DNA of 32,000 nucleotides, taken from contig NC_011979.1 of NCBI RefSeq assembly GCF_000022265.1, forward strand, positions 420,001 through 452,000, written 5' to 3'. Source of the stretch: Geotalea daltonii FRC-32. Lineage in GTDB: Bacteria; Desulfobacterota; Desulfuromonadia; Geobacterales; Geobacteraceae. Shown here piece by piece: positions 1 to 6,548 of this stretch. The notes beneath the pieces were generated by a model. The model saw only the letters and a list, made by a program, of their open reading frames with translations, had not been told where the DNA came from and did not search any database. Made by a program: the position numbers and the translations under genes. The first letter of the stretch is position 1. Every line of letters starts with the position of its first letter.

Positions 1-578
1 GATCCAGCCGGTTCCCACCGCTATGTGCAATCCAACCATGATCCCCGGAAACGCTGCCGGGACGATGACCCGTAGAAAGGTCATGTCTGCCCGGGCGCCG
101 AAGTTGCCGGCCACTTTGAGATAAACCGGTGGAACGGCCCGTACTGCACTGATAGTGGCAAGCAGCACCGGATAAAAAGATGCCAGGAAAATGATGAAAA
201 CCGCCGGTGCATTGCCGATACCGAACCAGAGAACTGCAAGGGGAAACCAGGCAATGGGGGAAATGGGGCGGAGCACCTGGATAAGCGGGTCAATGGCTTT
301 GTGGCAGCGGATGAAACGGCCAAGGAAAAGCCCCAGGGGAATCCCTGCCAGTACTGCCAGTAGATAGGCCGCCCCGAAGCGGGCCAGGCTGATGCCCATG
401 TGGCTCCAGAGGGTGCCCATGTCTGCAAGCTCAACAATGGCGCGCACCACATCGCTCGGGGCGGGGAACTGTTCGGGTGGGTAGCGGCGGGCAGCCACCT
501 GCCAGAGCAGGGTGAAGGCGATCAGGGAAGTCAATGGCAGTGCCAGTCGGGCCAATTTGCTGATGAAACCATTCATAA
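1..578 (-). CDS. ABC transporter permease, NitT/TauT (nitrate/sulfonate/bicarbonate) family; 3' end runs off the window
   Basis: Absent from the ORF track because it leaves the window. Hand translation from ATG at 576-578 gives MNGFISKLARLALPLTSLIAFTLLWQVAARRYPPEQFPAPSDVVRAIVELADMGTLWSHMGISLARFGAAYLLAVLAGIPLGLFLGRFIRCHKAIDPLIQVLRPISPIAWFPLAVLWFGIGNAPAVFIIFLASFYPVLL... This has multiple TM helices and an SsuC/TauC-like layout. It lies 29 nt downstream of the binding-protein gene on the same strand. The listed ORF 81..452 is in the wrong frame. Confidence 0.8.
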
Positions 579-607
579 GCGTTTTTCTATCCTTTCACAA
601 CAGGCAA

Positions 608-1561
608 TCAGGCAAAGCGGCCGTCCAGGTAGCCGGCTAGGTCGGTCTTGCTTTTGGCAATACCGAACTTGATCATGTAGTCCTGGGTGGCGGCAAAATC
701 AGCCCTTGCCGGCGCCAGGTTCAGAAAGCTCAGCCGGTCGCGGGGAGAGGTGAGGACCTTCTCGATCAGTTCGGGACGCTGGCCGAGGATACGGGTAGAT
801 GCCTTGGCGGCCGCGGCGGGGTTCCCTTCGATGAAGGCGGCGGTGCGGGTGAAGCCGGTAACCAGTTCCTGTACCGCTTCGGGATGGGAGTTGATGACCG
901 TCTCCCGCAGATTGAGAACGCAGCAGATGTGGTTGGGCCAGATGTCCTTGGAAAGGGTGAGGATCTTGCCCACGTTCCGGGCTTCGGCCTGGGCGCCGAA
1001 GGGCTCGGCGACGATATAGCCGTGGATTCGGCCGGTGGCCAAGGCATTGAGCATCTCCGGCGGGGCCATGTCGATGATCTTTACGTCCCGCGCCGGGTCC
1101 ATGTGCTTATCGGTCAACAGCTTCCTGAGCAGTATGTTATGGGTGGAAAAGGGGCTGGGAACGGCAATGGTCTTCCCTTTCAGGTCTTCGACCCGGTTGA
1201 TGCCGATGTTGTTTCTAACGGTAACGGCGCTGCCGTTGCGATGTCCCAGCAGCACTGCCTTCACAGGTACCCCCTTCTGCCGCAGGGTGAGGGCGATGGG
1301 GGTGAGGAGGAACGCGCCGTCGATAGCGCCATTTTTCAGTGCCTCGGCAATTTCGGGCCAGGAAGAGAACTTGACCGGTTTGATGCCAACGGTTCTGAAC
1401 TGTTCACGCTCGGCGGCGATCATCAGCAGGTGGTCCGACAGGGGAAGGTAGCCGATCTTGAGGTTGACCTTGCTGCCGGCAAATACGCTGCCGATCAGTC
1501 CGGGGGCGGCGGTTGCCGCCAAGGCAAGGCCGGATGCCTTGAGAAATTGACGTCTATTCAT
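608..1561 (-). CDS. ABC transporter periplasmic substrate-binding protein, NMT1/NitT/TauT family, with twin-arginine signal peptide
   Basis: Internal ATG at 1559-1561 gives MNRRQFLKASGLALAATAAPGLIGSVFA, a Tat motif (RRxFLK) followed by an AxA-like site. A GGAGG lies 9 nt upstream. The body (KIGYLPLSDHLLMIAAE...GHRNGSAVTV...IAVPSPFSTHN) resembles SsuA/TauA/NrtA-type binding proteins. The 5' part of the 369-aa ORF overlaps cooS and is not coding. Confidence 0.8.
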   Translation of the reverse strand: MNRRQFLKASGLALAATAAPGLIGSVFAGSKVNLKIGYLPLSDHLLMIAAEREQFRTVGIKPVKFSSWPEIAEALKNGAIDGAFLLTPIALTLRQKGVPVKAVLLGHRNGSAVTVRNNIGINRVEDLKGKTIAVPSPFSTHNILLRKLLTDKHMDPARDVKIIDMAPPEMLNALATGRIHGYIVAEPFGAQAEARNVGKILTLSKDIWPNHICCVLNLRETVINSHPEAVQELVTGFTRTAAFIEGNPAAAAKASTRILGQRPELIEKVLTSPRDRLSFLNLAPARADFAATQDYMIKFGIAKSKTDLAGYLDGRFA

Positions 1562-3581
1562 GGTTGTGATCCTCCGTGTCGTTATGGGTATGGGGATGCC
1601 CGTGGAGATGGGCATGGCTATGTTCCTGTTGCCTCTGCAGCGCCGACAGGCGGGTTGTGGCAGGTTCACTCCCTTTGTCCCAGCCGAGGGCGGCCCTTCT
1701 TTCGTCAAAGTCGGCAACGATCCGCCGTGCCAGTGCGACCGGGTCTTGATCGATCACCATAACCGCACCGAGCAGTTCCCGGGTGTCCTCGTAAATGAAG
1801 CGGGCGACCTTTTCCGAACCATCCACCGGCGGGGCAATGCAGTGATAGGAGTTAAGGCCCAGCAGGCGGAAACCGAGAGCGGCCCCCAGCCCCTTTTCGT
1901 TGGACCATTCCGGGCTGGAAAAGGCCAGCGGCAGACGCTTGAGCGGTTCATTGGCGGCATTGGATATGGTGCGGAAAAAAACCGAGGCGCGGGCATTGTC
2001 CAGGCATTCACCCATGTGCCAGACCGGCGGCAGGTTGTGCTGCGTCAGGGCAGAGTTCAGCCCCTGGCCGGCTCCCGACAGCGCTTCGGGGAGGCAGAAA
2101 CCCAGCTTCAGCAGGGCATAGGCTGCACAGCCATTGGTCAGGGCCAGGACATCGTGGGCGATCAATTCGTCTGCAACCTTGACCACTGCCTCTTCATAAA
2201 CCACCTTGGGGTTGTTGCACCCCACCAGATTGACCACCCCCCTGATCCTCCCGCTGCGCAGGTGCTCCAGAAGAGTGTCGGCACCGCCAAAGGTGGCGAG
2301 GATATTTTCCACCGAAAAACCCACCTCCGCCTCCATGCGGGCAGCGGGGATGAAAACCTTGCCGCTCTGCCGCCCGCCATAGGCCTGGATACCGAGCCGG
2401 ACGATTCTCTCGGCCAGGGTGTCGGCCTCACCCAAGTTGCTGTGGTGGTGATCGAAGGCAATATGTTCGGCGCCGGGCAAGCGGGTCGAATCGCTGGTGG
2501 TGACGACCCGGGTGTGAAAACATGCAGCCACGTCCATGATGCCGGGAAAGACATCCTGAACATCAGCCACCCACAGATCGATGGCGCCCGTTGCCAGCGC
2601 CAGTTCCGCCCCCACGGCGTTAGTCAGTGGTGTAATATCGCCGAACTTGGCCAGGGCCGAATGACCGGAACAGCAGATGCCATAGAGGCGGATAGTGGCG
2701 GCTCCCGCTTGTCGGGCGGCTGCAATCAGGTCGCTGCGCCGGGCGGCTTTGACAATGGCCGCCACCAGTACCGGTGAGTGCCCATGAACCGCGATATTGA
2801 CCGTATCTTCGCTGATGGCCCCCAGATTGGTGCTGATTCTGCTCCGCTTGGGGAGGCCATAGAGGCAGTCCATGGCGATGGCCGACCCGACGACGCTGCT
2901 CCAGGCAAAGGCCAGGCCGCAACGCAGCATTTGGCGGGTGACATTCTCCCACTCGCCGTCGGTGCCGGTGGTGGTGCGGTGCAGTGCCTCGAAGACTTCG
3001 TGGTAGGCTCCCACTGGCAGGATGTCCAGCTCTCGCCAGACCTGCAATCGTTCCGGCGGAGCCATGGCCTCAAGGGTCCGGTGGGGCCCGGGAAGGGTGC
3101 GGCAGAGATCGTCCAGCAGTATCATGGCGATTTCCGCGGCCAGCTCTTTAATTGTTTTCCCGTCTTCGAAAATGCCGAAAGCCTTGGCAGTGGCAATCAC
3201 CTTGTCCGGGCCGAGAATGGGCAGGTCCAAAGCACCATCCGCGGCACCCTTGAGGGCCAGCATCACTTCGCGGCCGCGTGCACCATGGGCAGCCACCCCT
3301 GCCGCGGTCCAGCGCAGGATGTTGCGGGCGACGACAAGATGAGCGTCGGCGCCGCAGACGCCACGCGGACTCTTGGCGGTGATGCGGCATGGGCCCATGT
3401 GGCAGTTCTTGCAGCAGGTACCCGAGAGGCCGAAGCCGCAGTGGGGTTTCTGGGTGTCAAAGCGATCAAAGGGGGTTTCAATGCCGATTTTTCCCATGTG
3501 TTGCAGCATTTCCCTGACTGCCCGGTCAGGAGTCCGTTCGATTACATCGGCTTTGCTGGGAAAACCTTGCCTGCGGGACAT
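1554..3581 (-). CDS. cooS: Anaerobic Ni-Fe carbon-monoxide dehydrogenase catalytic subunit (CooS/HCP superfamily) with His-rich C-terminal extension
   Basis: The N-terminus carries the D/B-cluster cysteines (CGFGLSGTCCKNCHMGPCRI...GVCGADA). C-cluster ligand contexts are all present: VHGHSP, GICCSGHS, AACFH, VGCNNP, NGCAAY, HMGECLDNAR. AAGGAG lies 8 nt upstream of the ATG at 3581. The protein ends ...QQEHSHAHLHGHPHTHNDTEDHNHE. Confidence 0.92.
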   Translation of the reverse strand: MSRRQGFPSKADVIERTPDRAVREMLQHMGKIGIETPFDRFDTQKPHCGFGLSGTCCKNCHMGPCRITAKSPRGVCGADAHLVVARNILRWTAAGVAAHGARGREVMLALKGAADGALDLPILGPDKVIATAKAFGIFEDGKTIKELAAEIAMILLDDLCRTLPGPHRTLEAMAPPERLQVWRELDILPVGAYHEVFEALHRTTTGTDGEWENVTRQMLRCGLAFAWSSVVGSAIAMDCLYGLPKRSRISTNLGAISEDTVNIAVHGHSPVLVAAIVKAARRSDLIAAARQAGAATIRLYGICCSGHSALAKFGDITPLTNAVGAELALATGAIDLWVADVQDVFPGIMDVAACFHTRVVTTSDSTRLPGAEHIAFDHHHSNLGEADTLAERIVRLGIQAYGGRQSGKVFIPAARMEAEVGFSVENILATFGGADTLLEHLRSGRIRGVVNLVGCNNPKVVYEEAVVKVADELIAHDVLALTNGCAAYALLKLGFCLPEALSGAGQGLNSALTQHNLPPVWHMGECLDNARASVFFRTISNAANEPLKRLPLAFSSPEWSNEKGLGAALGFRLLGLNSYHCIAPPVDGSEKVARFIYEDTRELLGAVMVIDQDPVALARRIVADFDERRAALGWDKGSEPATTRLSALQRQQEHSHAHLHGHPHTHNDTEDHNHE

Positions 3582-3635
3582 GGTAATAGCTCCTTATAAG
3601 ATAATATATTAATACGATTAGTTTAGTAGTTTAAT

Positions 3636-3664
3636 TAGATAGCAAACTATACCAAACCGGTCAA
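3636..3664 (-). promoter_or_regulatory. Candidate sigma70-type promoter for the cooS operon (TTGACC-N17-TATCTA)
   Basis: On the minus strand, TTGACC (3659-3664), a 17-nt spacer, then TATCTA (3636-3641). It sits in the very AT-rich 158-nt gap upstream of cooS. Sequence pattern only. Confidence 0.4.
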
Positions 3665-3739
3665 CAAAAAATTAATAGTAAGCATACTGCTTCACTGGGC
3701 AAGGCTTTTTAGAGCCATGGGGGTGGGTGAGTTTTCTGG

Positions 3740-5257
3740 TTAGGGCGCTGCTGCCAAAGAATCATCGATGAAGGCGGTGACATCTTTGGTCAGCCGGGAC
3801 AGTGCAGCCAGGTCGAGATACATCATGTGGCCCCCCTGGTAACGGCGGATAGTGAGGTTTTTGCGCAGAGCCGGTGTCAGTCCCAGATGGTTGAGGGTGT
3901 ATTCGGTGGAGAAATGAGGTGTTGCCAGATCGAAGCAGCCCATGGCGACGAACAGCTTCATATAAGGATTCTTGGCCATGGCCTCCCGTAGATCCTCGCT
4001 GGTGTCGGCATAGCCGTTTTTTGCTTCCCAGTCCCACCTGCCGATGCCTCCGCCAAGAATGAAATACTCCATGTCCGACCGGAAACCGATCTCATTGCGG
4101 ATGTAATCGTTGAACAGGGTCGTATAGGGGGGGCGGATGGCGGCCACGGTGGGATCAAAGCCGTGGGGGGAGGAGGGATCCACATTTGCCGCCAGGAAGC
4201 GGCTGTCCATGGTGCCGGTCACCAGCTGCCGGTCACGGAGGAGCTCCCTGACGAAAGTTCTGCTGTCGATGCGCAGGTTGTGGCCTTCGATAAAGGCCGG
4301 GCTAAGGCCGGTGAATTGGGAGAGCTTGCCGGCGATTGTCTTTCGTTCGTCCGGCGAGAGCCGGTCTCCCTTGGCCAAGGCGGTAAGATATTCGTTTTCG
4401 GTCCAGGCTTCTGCCTCTTGCAGGATTTTATCCGGATCGGCAGCCTGGGTAGCGAGTTTGCCATGGTACCAGGCGGTGGCGGTGTAACTGGGGAGGTAGA
4501 GGGCATAGGGGAGATCGTTGCCGGGATCGAAGGAGACGGTCTGCATGTTCATGATGGCGGAAATGAGGATGGTGCCGTTCATGGCGATGCCGTGTTCAAG
4601 GAGGTAATCGGCCAGGCCGGCGGCGCGGAAGGCCCCGTAGCTTTCTCCCACCAGAAACAGCGGTGAACTCCACCGCCCGTAACGCCCCAGGTAAAGGCGG
4701 ACGAATTTGCCCACTGCCTCGATATCCCCCTGGACGGAGCTGAATTTCTTGGCCAGATCAGGCTTGGCCGCCCGGCTGTAACCGGTGCCGACCGGATCGA
4801 TGAAGACCAGGTCCGCCTGATCGAGCCAGGTGTATTCGTTATCGGTGAGCCGGTATGGGGGGGGAGGCATGGTGCCGTCGGGGAGCATCTGCACCCGCTT
4901 TGGGCCGATGGTTCCCAGATGCAGCCATACCGAGGAGGAACCTGGACCGCCGTTGAAGACGAAAAGGAGCGGTCGGCGGTTTTCCGGCTGCCGGTTTTCC
5001 AGGGTGTAGGCGATGAAGAAGATCCGGGCCTCGGTTTCGCCGCTGTCGCTTATTACTGGCAGGTGGCCGGCGGTGACCTGGTAGTTTAGTTCTTTTTTCC
5101 CTATCGAGAGCCGATGACTGCTGACCACAGGTTTTTCCTCAACCTGTTTCATCTCTCTTGGCGGTGCTTCAGCTGCCGCTGCAGGTTCCTGATGCGCACC
5201 TGCCGGGTAAGGGGTGTTGATAAGCAGTGCTGCAACAAGAATGAAAAAACGAAACAC
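3740..5257 (-). CDS. Secreted peptidase S10 family serine carboxypeptidase-like protein
   Basis: S10 hallmarks are present: FNGGPGSSSVWLHLG, catalytic Ser GESYGAF, Asp context MGCFDLATP, His context YQGGHMMY. The likely start is GTG at 5255-5257, 6 nt after GGAGG (5264-5268). That start gives the signal peptide (M)FRFFILVAALLINTPYPAGA/HQ. The ORF-track start at 5329 is probably too long. Confidence 0.8.
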   Translation of the reverse strand: MFRFFILVAALLINTPYPAGAHQEPAAAAEAPPREMKQVEEKPVVSSHRLSIGKKELNYQVTAGHLPVISDSGETEARIFFIAYTLENRQPENRRPLLFVFNGGPGSSSVWLHLGTIGPKRVQMLPDGTMPPPPYRLTDNEYTWLDQADLVFIDPVGTGYSRAAKPDLAKKFSSVQGDIEAVGKFVRLYLGRYGRWSSPLFLVGESYGAFRAAGLADYLLEHGIAMNGTILISAIMNMQTVSFDPGNDLPYALYLPSYTATAWYHGKLATQAADPDKILQEAEAWTENEYLTALAKGDRLSPDERKTIAGKLSQFTGLSPAFIEGHNLRIDSRTFVRELLRDRQLVTGTMDSRFLAANVDPSSPHGFDPTVAAIRPPYTTLFNDYIRNEIGFRSDMEYFILGGGIGRWDWEAKNGYADTSEDLREAMAKNPYMKLFVAMGCFDLATPHFSTEYTLNHLGLTPALRKNLTIRRYQGGHMMYLDLAALSRLTKDVTAFIDDSLAAAP

Positions 5258-5369
5258 AGGCCACCTCCAATGGAAATTGATTAAGTTTAGCCGATAATTC
5301 CCCCATTGCGAGCAAAAATTAAACGCCATCCTGGTATCATTAATAGTATTCCCGCTGACGGAAGGTCGG

Positions 5370-6545
5370 CTACCGTTCGCCCATTGATTCGGTGAGGGTC
5401 TTGCGCAGCGGCTTCAGGAGGTAATCGAGCACGGTCCGATCCCCGGTGCGGATATCCACCTGGGCGGTCATGCCGGGGAGAATTTCCAGGGTCCTTCCGG
5501 TTGTGGTCTTCACCGGTTTGGCGCTGGTGGCAACATGAACCCGGTAATAGGTCAGCTCGCCGGTTTTTCCCTCTTCCTTGATGGTATCCGCACTCACATA
5601 GGAAACCGTCCCGTCCACGGAGCCGTACATGGTATAGTCAAAGGCGTCGAAGCGGATGGTGGCCTTGAGGTCAGGCTTCACCAGGGCAATATCTGAGGGC
5701 CTGATTTTCGCCTCCACGATCAGGACATCATCCAACGGCACGATCTGTAGCAGTTCCTCCCCGGCACGCAGCACCCCCCCCTGGGTGGTGACCCGTACGT
5801 TCTTTACGATCCCCGACACCGGCGATCTCATGACACTGTCTGCCAGCTGCTGGGCGCGGGGCGTTCTTACCTGTTCGTTCTGGCCGATATCATCCTCGGT
5901 CTTGGCCAGTTCCGCCCTTGCGTCCTGGTAGTATTTGTTCTTGCGGTTTATCAGCTGCGCTTCGGCATCATTCAGGGCACGCTCCGCCTTGATGACCTCG
6001 GAGCGGCTCACGTCGCCGGTCTTTGCCAGCTCCGCCACCAGGCGCGCATCCTCTCTGGCCAATCTGACCGCCACGCCCAGTGTGCGCAGTTCCTCGTCCA
6101 GGCTCTGACGCTTCTGGGTGAAAAGGGCCTTCTGGACATCCAGCAACTCGGGAAATCTTCCCAGGTTGGTTGGAAAACGTATTTCCGATGCCCCGGTAAC
6201 CTCTGCCCGCAGTCTGGCTGCCTGGCCATGCAGGGCGGCAAGCCGGGAATCAAGCTCCATGACCTGGGCGGCAAAGCGGGTCTGATCCAATACCGCAAGC
6301 ACCTGTCCCTGCTTGACTGAATCCCCTTCCCGCACCTTCAGTGATTTAAGCACCCCCCCGTCGACCGCCTGAATCACCTGAACTCTGCTGGTGGCGATGA
6401 CCGTACCGGCGCCCCTTGCACTCTGGTCGATCCGGTAGTGGGAAGACCAGAAAACAGTGACCGCCAGAGCGATAATGAGCACCCACAGAATCAGTGAATG
6501 GCCGCCGAGAGCGGGTCTTTTACCAGGTTCGGACAAGTGCGGCAT
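5370..6545 (-). CDS. HlyD-family type I secretion periplasmic adaptor (membrane fusion protein)
   Basis: It has a single N-terminal TM helix (LILWVLIIALAVTVFW). A lipoyl-like motif (GVLKSLKVREGDSVKQGQVLAVLD) and a long coiled-coil follow. The C-terminal beta-barrel (GMTAQVDIRTGDRTVLDYLLKPL) is typical of HlyD/LapC. The gene starts 3 nt after the ABC gene stop. Confidence 0.9.
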   Translation of the reverse strand: MPHLSEPGKRPALGGHSLILWVLIIALAVTVFWSSHYRIDQSARGAGTVIATSRVQVIQAVDGGVLKSLKVREGDSVKQGQVLAVLDQTRFAAQVMELDSRLAALHGQAARLRAEVTGASEIRFPTNLGRFPELLDVQKALFTQKRQSLDEELRTLGVAVRLAREDARLVAELAKTGDVSRSEVIKAERALNDAEAQLINRKNKYYQDARAELAKTEDDIGQNEQVRTPRAQQLADSVMRSPVSGIVKNVRVTTQGGVLRAGEELLQIVPLDDVLIVEAKIRPSDIALVKPDLKATIRFDAFDYTMYGSVDGTVSYVSADTIKEEGKTGELTYYRVHVATSAKPVKTTTGRTLEILPGMTAQVDIRTGDRTVLDYLLKPLRKTLTESMGER

Positions 6546-6548
6546 ATA

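Noticed and set aside
81-452. A 123-aa minus-strand ORF from the track at the left edge.
   Set aside because: It is in the wrong frame. The adjacent frame, which is open to the window edge, translates to a convincing ABC permease starting at 578.
1560-3599. Plus-strand ORFs of 405 aa and 273 aa antisense to cooS.
   Set aside because: They have no motifs and are mirror frames. The cooS frame has every cluster-ligand motif.
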